From a virus, in IMG/VR virus record IMGVR_UViG_3300045988_117002: a DNA stretch of 64,000 nt; one strand, given 5' to 3'. Every line of letters begins with the position of its first letter. The stretch's first letter is position 1. The translations under genes were made by a program, and so were the position numbers. This document shows, piece by piece, positions 9,269 through 19,037 of this stretch. The notes below the pieces were generated by a model. That model was not told where the DNA came from. It made no database searches and saw nothing but the letters and a program-made list of their open reading frames with translations.

Positions 9269-10303
9269 TTATTCAGATACCTCATCTTTTACAGATTCTT
9301 TTAACTTCTTAATCTCTGACTTCTTCATACCTAAAGCATTTAACTGTTCTTCAAGTAATTTAATTTCTGCACGAAGTTCTTTCTTTCTATTTCTCATTTG
9401 CTTCTGTTCTTCCTTTTCAGCTTTACCTTTCTCTTTATTGAGTTCTCCAATAGCAAGCTGTTCTTTAAAACGATCAATCATCTTATCATGGTTATCATTA
9501 CATTCAAAAACAGAATCATCCCATTTATCAAAAATCTCTTGTGCAGCATTATAAAATTTTTCGCTTAATTCAATTCCAATAGCATTTCTACCATTTTCAA
9601 TCGCAGCTCTATTTGTTGTTCCGCTACCTGCAAATGGATCAAGTACAATATCACCAGGAACAGAATATAATTTAATAAGACGTTTACATAATTCATATGG
9701 ATAAGGTGTCATGTGATTTGCACCGCCAACGGATGTATTAGGAATTTTCCATACACCAGAAGCGTATGTAGCCCACTCTTCAAGAGTAATATCTGAACCG
9801 CTTTCTTTTTCCATTTCACCAGTTGTACTCTTTTTATACACATATACATATCCAAAGTTTGCGGCAATAATTGCATCTCTTACTTTAAGATTTCTATACC
9901 ATAATGAACCATCTGAAATCATAGCTCTTTGTGGTGTATATTTCTCCCAACAAATTTCGCTCCAAAGAACAAATCCGTTATCAATGAACATCTTATTAAT
10001 TTCACCTACAAGAGATTCTTTACCTCTTCTATTATCTCTACCAATGGTATAATTATAATCTTCAAACTGCATTACGAATTTACCACCTGGTTTCAAAACT
10101 CTTTCACATTCTGCAATTACAAGTCCTAAGAGATAATAATATTCTTCATAGCTTTCACAGTTACTTAAATCACTAGGATCATTACTATATACTCGAAGAT
10201 TATGGTAAGGTGGTGATGTAATCACTAAGTCCACACTTTCAGCTTCCATCTTTTTCAGTTCCTTTAGGCAGTCTCCGTTAATCCAATTGTTGAATAATCT
10301 CAT
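9269..10303 (-). CDS. N4-C/N6-A DNA methyltransferase (beta class) with coiled-coil tail
   Basis: DLVITSPPY catalytic motif near the N-terminus, LDPFAGSGTT SAM motif later; K/E-rich C-terminal ~60 aa. Confidence 0.85.
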   Translation of the reverse strand: MRLFNNWINGDCLKELKKMEAESVDLVITSPPYHNLRVYSNDPSDLSNCESYEEYYYLLGLVIAECERVLKPGGKFVMQFEDYNYTIGRDNRRGKESLVGEINKMFIDNGFVLWSEICWEKYTPQRAMISDGSLWYRNLKVRDAIIAANFGYVYVYKKSTTGEMEKESGSDITLEEWATYASGVWKIPNTSVGGANHMTPYPYELCKRLIKLYSVPGDIVLDPFAGSGTTNRAAIENGRNAIGIELSEKFYNAAQEIFDKWDDSVFECNDNHDKMIDRFKEQLAIGELNKEKGKAEKEEQKQMRNRKKELRAEIKLLEEQLNALGMKKSEIKKLKESVKDEVSE

Positions 10304-10331
10304 ATGTATTCAATCTCCTTTTCATTATTTA

Positions 10332-10703
10332 TTATCGTTTATATTTCTTTATAAAATCTAATTCTCCATTAGACTTTAATCTTTCATATTCTTTTATCCA
10401 CTGACGAACAGAATATCTATTATTATTTATATGTTTCCATAAGTTTTTATCAAATGGTTTATCACATTCACAAATAAGTACGTGTTGACAAAACAGGAAT
10501 ATTTGACGGGAATATTCGGCAGAATAGCCATAAAATTTAGAGTTTGAAATATATGCTAAGTCATATAGATAACTGTCGGCTAATATAGAATCATACATTT
10601 CAGTTTTTGCATTCCAATAGCAGCAAATTTTATAATATATGTCGTTAATTTTATCTGGTGGATGTAAGTATATCTGACTTTTCCATTCATAAGATTCTAA
10701 CAT
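10332..10703 (-). CDS. hypothetical protein
   Basis: Co-directional ORF. Confidence 0.55.
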   Translation of the reverse strand: MLESYEWKSQIYLHPPDKINDIYYKICCYWNAKTEMYDSILADSYLYDLAYISNSKFYGYSAEYSRQIFLFCQHVLICECDKPFDKNLWKHINNNRYSVRQWIKEYERLKSNGELDFIKKYKR

Positions 10704-10722
10704 ATATCAATTCTCCTTGTAT

Positions 10723-10947
10723 TTAATCATCTGGATCAAATTTCAATCCTTCATATAGTTCATCATTCGCAGCCAATCTTAAAGCAAGATCACTAAACTT
10801 ATCTCTACATGAAGAACACAATAAAACTTCTTTTGAAAGATATTTTGAAAAATATGTGCAACCAGACGTTCCATATATTTTTATTGGTATACAATAAGAT
10901 TTATTATTTGTTTCTTTTCCACATATATCACAATAGTATTTAACCAT
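10723..10947 (-). CDS. zinc-ribbon protein
   Basis: CDICGK...CSSCR. Confidence 0.55.
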   Translation of the reverse strand: MVKYYCDICGKETNNKSYCIPIKIYGTSGCTYFSKYLSKEVLLCSSCRDKFSDLALRLAANDELYEGLKFDPDD

Positions 10948-10970
10948 GTATTATTTCTCCTTAAAATATT

Positions 10971-11405
10971 TTAAATATAATCTTGTATTGTTCTTCTCAA
11001 TTCAGAAATTTTATATTCAAATATTCTAATTTGCTTCTGAATCTTATCTATTCTATCGTTTTCATATTGTACTTTATCTTCCATAATACCTTCCGCAAAT
11101 CCTCGTTTAGTCAATTTATAAGCGAAAAAATCTTTATCAATTTGATTATAAACAATAGTTTTGTTGCTCTTACTTTTAATGTAATCTCTTGATACATATT
11201 CAGTTCCATAGCAAACATTTTTATACTCTAAATCATATTTTCCATTTTGATTTAGATTTCTCTCGTACAATTCTTGTCGATCAGGTTCTCCACTTTCGCC
11301 AGTTCCATGCAATAAATAATGTTTTCCATCATAGTCAAAAAGAATAGACCAATCTCTCACTTTCGTTATCTTTAATAATGAAACATCTTGAATATTAATC
11401 ATCAA
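10971..11405 (-). CDS. hypothetical protein
   Basis: Co-directional ORF. Confidence 0.55.
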   Translation of the reverse strand: MMINIQDVSLLKITKVRDWSILFDYDGKHYLLHGTGESGEPDRQELYERNLNQNGKYDLEYKNVCYGTEYVSRDYIKSKSNKTIVYNQIDKDFFAYKLTKRGFAEGIMEDKVQYENDRIDKIQKQIRIFEYKISELRRTIQDYI

Positions 11406-11435
11406 ATCACCTTCTAAAATGAAATAAATTTTTCA

Positions 11436-11588
11436 TCATGTAAAAAACATTACAAAAATAGTTACTATTAAAGAAATACTCATTATACTAATAACATCTA
11501 TATTTCTTTTACATATCATTCCAGTTATAGAAATTGCTGTACATACAATCCACATAACAATTAACAAAATTGTTGTACCTGTAATCAT
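11436..11588 (-). CDS. small membrane protein (50 aa)
   Basis: Hand-translated; two hydrophobic segments; ATGA overlap with the stop of 11585..11938. Confidence 0.35.
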   Translation of the reverse strand: MITGTTILLIVMWIVCTAISITGMICKRNIDVISIMSISLIVTIFVMFFT

Positions 11589-11938
11589 TCCTTCTCCTTC
11601 ACAATCTTTACAGAATAACCAAGAGCTTTTTCAATATCTTCTAATGTCATTTCTTTTGGCTTTTGTTCATGCTCTATAATATTATTTAATAGCCATAAAT
11701 CATTTTTGAATAATCCCGAAATCGTACATTCACCAGTTAAGCCATCTTGTTCAATATTTACTTTATCTATTGCATCATCCATATCACCAATTACAATGTT
11801 TGTAGCATAAATATATGAATCTCCAACATCTAATTTGATATCTAATAGAAACAGTTTATCTGATTTTTTAAGTTTCATATCTACGATTTTAACTAATCTC
11901 ATTCCAAATTCCTCTTTTAAAATTTTTGTGTTTGTCAT
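11585..11938 (-). CDS. hypothetical protein
   Basis: Co-directional ORF. Confidence 0.55.
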   Translation of the reverse strand: MTNTKILKEEFGMRLVKIVDMKLKKSDKLFLLDIKLDVGDSYIYATNIVIGDMDDAIDKVNIEQDGLTGECTISGLFKNDLWLLNNIIEHEQKPKEMTLEDIEKALGYSVKIVKEKE

Positions 11939-12110
11939 AATGTCTCCTTATATAAAAGCATCTGTAATAACATCTGGAAGATTTTTTAAAAGTTTATCAA
12001 CTCTATTTTCATTCTTCTTTCTTACACGTTTTCTCTTATGATACATTGATAAACTACTACATTTAACAAATTGCTTACTCAATTTCGGTTCTTTACTCAT
12101 ATATTTCCTT

Positions 12111-12563
12111 TCAACCAAACGTAATTACTCCACCTGGATATTCTCTGAAAAATTGTGATACTCGTTCTAATTGTTTATCCGTCAATTTAAAATATCTTTT
12201 TCGTAAAAATCTTCTCAAATCTCTACGACTTCTAATAATTCTTCGTGGATAATTAGAAATCCTAAATGTGTCATGGTATTCAAGAACATCAGTATATAAT
12301 TTTGAGCATTTTCCAATTTCCTTATATGTCTTATCTATGCCTGAACCATATCCTAATTGCCACCAATAAAATCCATATACACAAGGAATATTTTCATTAT
12401 ATGATTTCATAAGAAGATCATATAAATTCTTATCATATAATCCAATTTCAATATTCTTTTTAGAATCACCTGTTAAATAATATATTTCCTTTGGTGCGTT
12501 TTCTTTCATTTTCTCAAATTCTTTGTCTGTAATTGGTCTACTAAACCAAGTATGACATCCCAT
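12111..12563 (-). CDS. hypothetical protein
   Basis: Co-directional ORF. Confidence 0.55.
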   Translation of the reverse strand: MGCHTWFSRPITDKEFEKMKENAPKEIYYLTGDSKKNIEIGLYDKNLYDLLMKSYNENIPCVYGFYWWQLGYGSGIDKTYKEIGKCSKLYTDVLEYHDTFRISNYPRRIIRSRRDLRRFLRKRYFKLTDKQLERVSQFFREYPGGVITFG

Positions 12564-12597
12564 ATTTAATTCCCCTCTTAATCATGATTTTCTTTAC

Positions 12598-13161
12598 TCA
12601 ACTCTTGTTTATATCTTCTGGTTCTCCTTTTATTGGAATATTCATCCAATATAATCTTTTACGTCTCTGAGCTGAAACTAATTGACTGTCTAAAAGCACA
12701 GGTTCAACACAGAGTTCTTTTGTGATAGCAGCTTGAATTTCTTCACCGATCCCATAATTGTTTTCATATAGAAAATATTTTGGCTTTGATTCATGTAATG
12801 CTCTCACATATTGCATGAACAAATTCCATCCTTCACCATCAGGTTTAACTTCTCTTTTCTTCTTAGCAGTTTTAGAACACTTTGAAGAAGCCCAGAACTG
12901 GCATGGCGATCCACCAATTAACAAATCAATACCATCATATTTACTAAAATCTTCATCAAAAACATCACCACATTGATAAATGGATGGATAATTATATCTG
13001 CTTATCTTGATTGCATTCTGTTCAATCTCATAAGCATAGTAATCTTTAACCTTAAATCCAGATCTATCCAATGCAATTCTGCCACATGATATACCATCAA
13101 ATAGACTTAATACTCTTAATCCATTCTCCGATGAATTATTATTTTCAACTAAATGACTCAA
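12598..13161 (-). CDS. C5-cytosine DNA methyltransferase, N-terminal fragment only (motifs I-VIII)
   Basis: LSLFDGISCG (motif I), GGSPCQ (IV), FLYENN (VI), SAQRRKR (VIII); ends at 187 aa with no TRD or motifs IX/X. Confidence 0.7.
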   Translation of the reverse strand: MSHLVENNNSSENGLRVLSLFDGISCGRIALDRSGFKVKDYYAYEIEQNAIKISRYNYPSIYQCGDVFDEDFSKYDGIDLLIGGSPCQFWASSKCSKTAKKKREVKPDGEGWNLFMQYVRALHESKPKYFLYENNYGIGEEIQAAITKELCVEPVLLDSQLVSAQRRKRLYWMNIPIKGEPEDINKS

Positions 13162-13306
13162 ATTCCCTTATTTTATAGGGAGTTGTACAACTACTTTATC
13201 CTAGGAGTTACCTAAATTCCTTTCTATAAACTTTGTAATGCTGCATAAATCGGACATTCATGACTATCCGATAAAAATAATATTTCTTTGTTCTTGGAAA
13301 TAATTT

Positions 13307-13318
13307 GGGTGATCACCC
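13307..13318. promoter_or_regulatory. 12-bp perfect palindrome GGGTGATCACCC
   Basis: GC-rich palindrome in the AT-rich gap upstream of the C5-MTase fragment; GTTGTACAAC and CCTAGG lie nearby. Confidence 0.35.
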
Positions 13319-13340
13319 ATAGAAATTTACTCGATATGTA

Positions 13341-13496
13341 TTAATCATCCCAATAATCATAATCAGGATTCATAGGGCATTCAGGACATCTACAAACTAA
13401 TTCTCCATATTCGTCCATATAATAATCATCACCATAACCACTACATTCATAACAGTAATCATATGGATCTTCTTCGTAATCGTCTAAATCATTCAT
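13341..13496 (-). CDS. small acidic zinc-ribbon protein (51 aa)
   Basis: Hand-translated MNDLDDYEEDPYDYCYECS...CRCPEC; below track threshold. Confidence 0.4.
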   Translation of the reverse strand: MNDLDDYEEDPYDYCYECSGYGDDYYMDEYGELVCRCPECPMNPDYDYWDD

Positions 13497-13965
13497 CTTT
13501 CACCTCTAGTTTCTTTAAATCCTCAATACTCCAAGGTTCTTCATCTTCCCATTTGATAAAGTCAAACATATTACCAAATAGATTATTAGAAATATAATAA
13601 TAGTCACACATTGACATATTTTCGATACGCCAACCATCATATTCTTTAATTGGTAGTGAATCAATAGCATATAATACACCATTATTATCTCTTACAATGT
13701 ACTTCCATTTAGCCAAAATCAAATCAAAGAACATTTTCTCTTTTGATGTAATTGTATACTTAGGTTTCTTTACATATTCTGATTCTGACCATTCATATCG
13801 TTTAATTCTACAAGTTTTTTCAGAATCTTTAGGACTTTTAAATATACACTTCTTACAACTAATCTGACTACAATAGGTAATTTTGCTTGACTTTGTAACT
13901 GCAAATTCTAAACCTTTACACGCAACATCTAAAATTTCTTTAGCAAATTTTTCTCTATTCTTCAT
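13489..13965 (-). CDS. hypothetical protein
   Basis: Co-directional ORF. Confidence 0.55.
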   Translation of the reverse strand: MKNREKFAKEILDVACKGLEFAVTKSSKITYCSQISCKKCIFKSPKDSEKTCRIKRYEWSESEYVKKPKYTITSKEKMFFDLILAKWKYIVRDNNGVLYAIDSLPIKEYDGWRIENMSMCDYYYISNNLFGNMFDFIKWEDEEPWSIEDLKKLEVKDE

Positions 13966-13986
13966 TTAAACCTCCAATATACTTTA

Positions 13987-14241
13987 TTACATACGTATTT
14001 TGCTCACATTTTCATCTTTTGGCATTCTAAACGTAATATATTCAGAATCCCTTTTACAATAAGTTTTTTCAATTACATCTAAAACTTTTAACGCATTTTC
14101 TTCATTATATGCTCCCAATACTACTTAACTATTAGCATATGTAATTTCAATATTGTTTATATGCGAATTGATTCTTTTAATTGAAATTGTTTTTCCTGCA
14201 ATATCTACTAATTTTGTTCTATCTTGACTTCTGATTAACAT
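13987..14241 (-). pseudogene. small phage gene interrupted by an in-frame TAA
   Basis: ATG 14241 behind AAAGGAGAAAA SD; 38 codons, TAA at 14127-14125, then 45 more in-frame codons to TAA 13989-13987. Confidence 0.5.
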
Positions 14242-14272
14242 ATTTTCTCCTTTGAAATGCCAATTTCTTCTG

Positions 14273-14473
14273 CTAGCTCAATTTCTTACCACACATAGGG
14301 CAATAATTAATTTTAACAACCAATCCATTTGAATCATATCCATGAATATCATATCCGTATGCAATAAGTTTTCTAGGATATTGAATTGCTATACCATAAT
14401 CATTAGTTTTACCTATTATAAGTGGAACACCTTTATCACAATATTTACATTTATTCATTTTTTTATTTTCCAT
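14273..14473 (-). CDS. zinc-ribbon protein
   Basis: CKYCDK...CPMCGK. Confidence 0.55.
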   Translation of the reverse strand: MENKKMNKCKYCDKGVPLIIGKTNDYGIAIQYPRKLIAYGYDIHGYDSNGLVVKINYCPMCGKKLS

Positions 14474-14772
14474 TATTCAATACTTACTTTCTTTCCAGAA
14501 TACATTTTCATCCGCTTCATCTTTTTAAGAAATAGTTTCATTTCGTATCCTGTAAGTCCTACACAAGTATTTCCAATTCCTTTATCATCTCCTAAATCTG
14601 GATCATAAGACTGCAAAATATGTCTACCAGATTTTTTGTGTAAAATGTCGACTTTTTGTGTAAAATTATATTTCTTATCTTTTCTTTCATAGCTACATCC
14701 ATATTTATCTTCTTCAACTTTTGTAAATCCAATCTCTGCTATTTTCTCATCTACTGTTTTAAATAATTTCAT
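14473..14772 (-). CDS. hypothetical protein (paralog of 33361..33621)
   Basis: Shared EIGF.K ... VGLT..EMKLFLKKM pattern. Confidence 0.6.
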   Translation of the reverse strand: MKLFKTVDEKIAEIGFTKVEEDKYGCSYERKDKKYNFTQKVDILHKKSGRHILQSYDPDLGDDKGIGNTCVGLTGYEMKLFLKKMKRMKMYSGKKVSIE

Positions 14773-14807
14773 TTTGTGTCCTCCATATTTTAATTTTTAT
14801 CATGATG

Positions 14808-15194
14808 TTACTTTTTAAATCCAGAACTATACTCAAAATCATCATCATTGAATACAATAACTTCTTTATCACTCATACCACAAAATTCCATTTCATATTC
14901 TCTGATATAATTATCCATAGATTTCTGATGCATCTCTCCGAAAAATGGATATGGAAATGTACTCACTTCATGGTTTTTGACTTTATTGTAATCAATTCCT
15001 TTTGACACACTGATATGTTTATCAAATGCTTCTTCGTTAATTCTTACCCAGTCTATAATTGAGTTCATATTGAATGTATAAGCTGTTTCAGATCCTCTAG
15101 TATACGAAACAAAATCAATTACAAAATCTGTCCAGGGGTATTTCTTGCTTCTGAATATCATTCCTGTTTTATATTTCTCTTTATACTTTTTCAT
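14808..15194 (-). CDS. hypothetical protein
   Basis: Co-directional ORF. Confidence 0.55.
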   Translation of the reverse strand: MKKYKEKYKTGMIFRSKKYPWTDFVIDFVSYTRGSETAYTFNMNSIIDWVRINEEAFDKHISVSKGIDYNKVKNHEVSTFPYPFFGEMHQKSMDNYIREYEMEFCGMSDKEVIVFNDDDFEYSSGFKK

Positions 15195-15838
15195 TTACTC
15201 CTCTCATATTTCATTCTTCTCTCTACTTCTTTATCATTTTCCTCATCATTAAAATACTTGTAAGCTAACATCATAGGATAATCAGAATCTTTAGCTCTTG
15301 GATATAACATATATTCACACCAATTAACTTCTCCATCATCCCTAACCCAACTTGTCCCTTCGAATAAATTCAAGAAAACATTCTGATATGAATATTTTTC
15401 ATTCTGCACAAAATAATCTTTGATGATTGTAGACTTATTATATCCACTGATTTTTACAAGAATATTATCAATCATGACTCTTTTGCCTAATCGTACAAGC
15501 CATTTAATAAACTCTCTGTATGTTTCATCAAATTCTCTATCTCTCAAAGCAGCATCTACAACTAAGATGTATTCATCTTGTGTACGCAACATTCCTCTAC
15601 TTCTTGTTCTCTCACCATACCAATCAGTTAAATTATTAGTTCTTTCACCAAATTCATCACAAGAACAGGAACTATTATGTCCATTCTTTTGAATTACATA
15701 TACATCCATATCTTTCTCTGAACCAGAAACTATCGGTAAATGTGCCAGGACGGTATCAAGAATATACCTTTTCTGAGCTTGTGTGCATCCTATGGGAGAT
15801 ACTGTTATTGTTCCTGTTATGTAAGTCCAATATGACAT
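15191..15838 (-). CDS. hypothetical protein
   Basis: Co-directional ORF; ATG 15838 preferred over GTG 15847. Confidence 0.55.
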   Translation of the reverse strand: MSYWTYITGTITVSPIGCTQAQKRYILDTVLAHLPIVSGSEKDMDVYVIQKNGHNSSCSCDEFGERTNNLTDWYGERTRSRGMLRTQDEYILVVDAALRDREFDETYREFIKWLVRLGKRVMIDNILVKISGYNKSTIIKDYFVQNEKYSYQNVFLNLFEGTSWVRDDGEVNWCEYMLYPRAKDSDYPMMLAYKYFNDEENDKEVERRMKYERSK

Positions 15839-15843
15839 TATAA

Positions 15844-16029
15844 TCACTCACTTTCGTTATTATCTTCTGGTTGATTGAAGTAAATTCTGTCGATAATCTC
15901 ATAAACTTCATCAACATCAAATGTTTCTACTTCTGGAAAATATTTTCCGTTACAAATTCCACCGTGATAACGACTTGCATTATTATTCAACCTGTCTATT
16001 AATTCATTTCTAAATTCAACTGTTGTCAC
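15844..16029 (-). CDS. hypothetical protein
   Basis: GTG start behind GGAGGTG SD. Confidence 0.5.
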   Translation of the reverse strand: MTTVEFRNELIDRLNNNASRYHGGICNGKYFPEVETFDVDEVYEIIDRIYFNQPEDNNESE

Positions 16030-16043
16030 TTTATCGCACCTCC

Positions 16044-16059
16044 TGAAAGCAATATTTCA
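16044..16059. promoter_or_regulatory. TGAAA-N6-TTTCA palindrome, copy 5
   Basis: tgaaagcaatatttca abutting the GGAGGTG SD of 15844..16029. Confidence 0.6.
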
Positions 16060-16368
16060 TATGTCGCTATATTCTCTGTTTTAATAATTTTGCCGTACTC
16101 TCAATTCTTTCAAGTAATGCCTTGTTATATTCATCAGGGATATGTCCTTTTAATAATCCTAATACACAAAATTTAATATCTCCTAATTCTTCCATAATTG
16201 TCATCTGGTTTTCTAAAATTTCTCTAAATGCTGAGTTCATAAAATAATCCTTTCTATAAATTTAATATTAATTTTTAATTATCCATTTTGGAAATATCGA
16301 CTTGAACAAGTCATAGAAACATGATATGATTTTCTACATAGATCACTGGTCTTGATCTATTCCAATAA

Positions 16369-16406
16369 CTCTACTGATTGTCCACAACGTCAGTAGAGTT
16401 TTCTTT
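16369..16406 (+). terminator. intrinsic-terminator-like hairpin (T-tract on + strand; possibly bidirectional)
   Basis: ctctactga / tcagtagag 9-bp stem, 12-nt loop, then ttttcttt; lies just 3' of minus-strand gene 16447..16665. Confidence 0.5.
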
Positions 16407-16446
16407 ATGTACAGCAAAGCTATTTATATATTCTCTAAATACTTCA

Positions 16447-16665
16447 TCAATAATCTCCCAAATATCCTGTGATAACTTCTATCGTCCATAATAATACATA
16501 CCATACAACAGGTGCTAAAAAGCATTTTAATAGTGAAATTCCCAATAATTTACCCGAAAATACCCCTGTTGCAATGGAAAATAACAGATGAAAGACGGGT
16601 TTCATGAATAAAAATCCCAATGAAATTATCACATTTGCTACTATTCCACCTAGAAAACAATCCAA
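16447..16665 (-). CDS. small multi-pass membrane protein (holin-like?)
   Basis: 72 aa, about three hydrophobic segments. Confidence 0.5.
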   Translation of the reverse strand: MDCFLGGIVANVIISLGFLFMKPVFHLLFSIATGVFSGKLLGISLLKCFLAPVVWYVLLWTIEVITGYLGDY

Positions 16666-16702
16666 CCTAACTTTCTACGAAATTTATGTATCTTTTCTTT
16701 AC

Positions 16703-17293
16703 TCATTCCTCTCCAATCAGCTCCTTATATACTTTTAATTTCTCCGCTAACTCAGGATTATCATTTGCATACATCTCATATCGCTTTGTCTGATCCATTT
16801 CAGTAATCATTTTATCCATCTGTTTCTTAATTTTATCAGCTTCTTTCTTACGTTCAGCTTTCTCTTTACGTTCTTCCACACGTTTATCATATGCTGATGT
16901 ATCAACTTTGCAGATAACTTCTGCGGTGATATTTGTATTACATTCATCTGGTGTAAGAATTTCTTCAATTGTAAGAATATCCTTATTTGCACCACTTACT
17001 ACAATTTTGTCACCTGCTTTATATGTTTCTCCATCATCATAAATTGCATAGAAATATTTCTTTCCATAGCATCCTTCTTTTGTCCCTGCTACTGCATAAT
17101 ATCCTTCTAATTTTGCCATGTTATTATCCTCACTTTCAATTATTACAACATCTTTTTTATATAGGTAAAGAATTATCCCATTGTCAAATTCAACCTGTAC
17201 AATATCTGCATTTTCTTTAACAATTATCCCCTCTTTATAAAACATACCATAAACATTACCAATGTATTTAACCCTACTCCCTACGCAACTCAA
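16703..17293 (-). CDS. hypothetical protein with K/E-rich C-terminal coil
   Basis: TTG start behind AAGGTG SD; overlaps the upstream stop. Confidence 0.55.
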   Translation of the reverse strand: MSCVGSRVKYIGNVYGMFYKEGIIVKENADIVQVEFDNGIILYLYKKDVVIIESEDNNMAKLEGYYAVAGTKEGCYGKKYFYAIYDDGETYKAGDKIVVSGANKDILTIEEILTPDECNTNITAEVICKVDTSAYDKRVEERKEKAERKKEADKIKKQMDKMITEMDQTKRYEMYANDNPELAEKLKVYKELIGEE

Positions 17294-18084
17294 TTATTTA
17301 CACCTTCTTTCAATTGTAATAATAATTTTACGTGGGTATTGTCGTGAATATCGACATCGAAATCTTGTTTGATTTTGTTAGATGTGAAAGGTAAGATATA
17401 ATCTTCAAAATATATAATCTCATATTTATATGTAGGGATTTTACTAAGTAATTGTTCAAGAGTAATTGGAAAATAGTTTTCTCTCACTTCTCTATCCCAA
17501 TTCTCTTTATATCTATATTTCATGAGATAATGAATCAAATTCCTGTTATCTCGTAAACTTCCCCATATTGATTCATAATCCATTATCTGTAATTCGTCTG
17601 CTCGCCTGATTACTTTTGTATAATCATTAATATCACTCTGTCTATTGACTGATCTACTTACACAAAAATCTCTGATAGCTATGTATCCATAATCATATCC
17701 AAAAACATTATTCCAAAACTTATCAATTCCATTAATATTTGAATAAGAATATACTTCATGAATCACGCTTGATAAATTTAATAATGTTTTATTTGGGTTA
17801 TTTTCTTTCAAAGATTCTTTTAAATCACTTACATATTGAATGTTTTCTAATTCATGAGGTGTCCTTATTCCCGCAAGAGAAATCATATCCTTGCTATTAT
17901 CATATCCTATATATTGTAAATCTGGCATTTCACTATTCATTTCTCTAATTAATGTACCATCAGCACATCCAAAATCAACAACAGTGTTAATCTTCTCAAT
18001 TTTACTCATCCAAAATAGTTTATCTGCGCTTGATTTCCCCATTCCTGATGTATAAGAATCATAATTCCTAATAATTTCTTCCAC
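17290..18084 (-). CDS. class I SAM-dependent methyltransferase (substrate unknown)
   Basis: VVDFGCADGT motif I; GTG start behind GAGGTG SD. Confidence 0.65.
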   Translation of the reverse strand: MEEIIRNYDSYTSGMGKSSADKLFWMSKIEKINTVVDFGCADGTLIREMNSEMPDLQYIGYDNSKDMISLAGIRTPHELENIQYVSDLKESLKENNPNKTLLNLSSVIHEVYSYSNINGIDKFWNNVFGYDYGYIAIRDFCVSRSVNRQSDINDYTKVIRRADELQIMDYESIWGSLRDNRNLIHYLMKYRYKENWDREVRENYFPITLEQLLSKIPTYKYEIIYFEDYILPFTSNKIKQDFDVDIHDNTHVKLLLQLKEGVNN

Positions 18085-18432
18085 TATTTACACCTCTTCT
18101 CTTCTGCTATTTTAAGCCATCTAAGAAGTTTCTCTTCTTCACGTAGCATTTTAGAATACATTTTGATAATCTGATCCTGTTCTTTGTAAAACTGTCTTAC
18201 ATACCTTGGAAAATCATATCCAAATAGCCACAAAATTATCTTTCCCTTAATCCATTTCATGATTTATATTCCTCATTAAAAGCATAATCACTACAAGTCC
18301 ACTTCTCACCTCTATATACAAATCCATACATGCCTTTAAATTTTGGATGTGTATATACGTCTACGACTGCGCCTTGAACTTGTTTTGCCACACCTATGTT
18401 TTCTCCTTGCTTAATATGTTTAATCATATTCG

Positions 18433-18750
18433 TCACCCATTATAATTCTCTCCGTAGACTGCTATTTCTGGTTTACCATTTTCATCCAATGCGTAATACG
18501 GCATTGTAGAAGTTGAATATGAACGCTCAGTATATACATACACAATTTTCGTGTCTTTATCATACACAAATATTTGATTCGTAGCATTTCCTCTACTATC
18601 TGTATAATGATTTCTTTTAATTTCTATAAATTGTCCATAAGAGCTAACTTTTTCACCTTTCTCATTTATAACTTCATCACCGCCACATCCACTAAATGAA
18701 AGTGTCAATCCAGATATAAGCAATCCAATTAATAGTTTCTTAACTTTCAT
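18433..18750 (-). CDS. lipoprotein
   Basis: MKVKKLLIGLLISGLTLSFSGC signal peptide with lipobox Cys. Confidence 0.65.
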   Translation of the reverse strand: MKVKKLLIGLLISGLTLSFSGCGGDEVINEKGEKVSSYGQFIEIKRNHYTDSRGNATNQIFVYDKDTKIVYVYTERSYSTSTMPYYALDENGKPEIAVYGENYNG

Positions 18751-18986
18751 TCAATCACCATCCTTTTCTTTAGTTCATTCAATAAATCTTCATTAGAAAG
18801 CTGCTCTACAATTTCTTCTTTGAAACACGTTTCAACCGTATAACATAACTCTCCATCTTGGTCTGTATATACATTACTTATCCATGATGTTCTTTTAGAT
18901 GGCACTTGAAAAATTGTCAATTCACAATCTTTCACCTGCAATGATGTGATTACTTCATTTCTGTCACTCTTTATTTTAATTTTCAT
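18747..18986 (-). CDS. hypothetical protein
   Basis: Co-directional ORF with 4-nt overlap. Confidence 0.55.
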   Translation of the reverse strand: MKIKIKSDRNEVITSLQVKDCELTIFQVPSKRTSWISNVYTDQDGELCYTVETCFKEEIVEQLSNEDLLNELKKRMVIE

Positions 18987-19037
18987 GCGATTACCTCCTT
19001 AAAAATTCCACCACCATATCATTTTTAATTATTCTAT

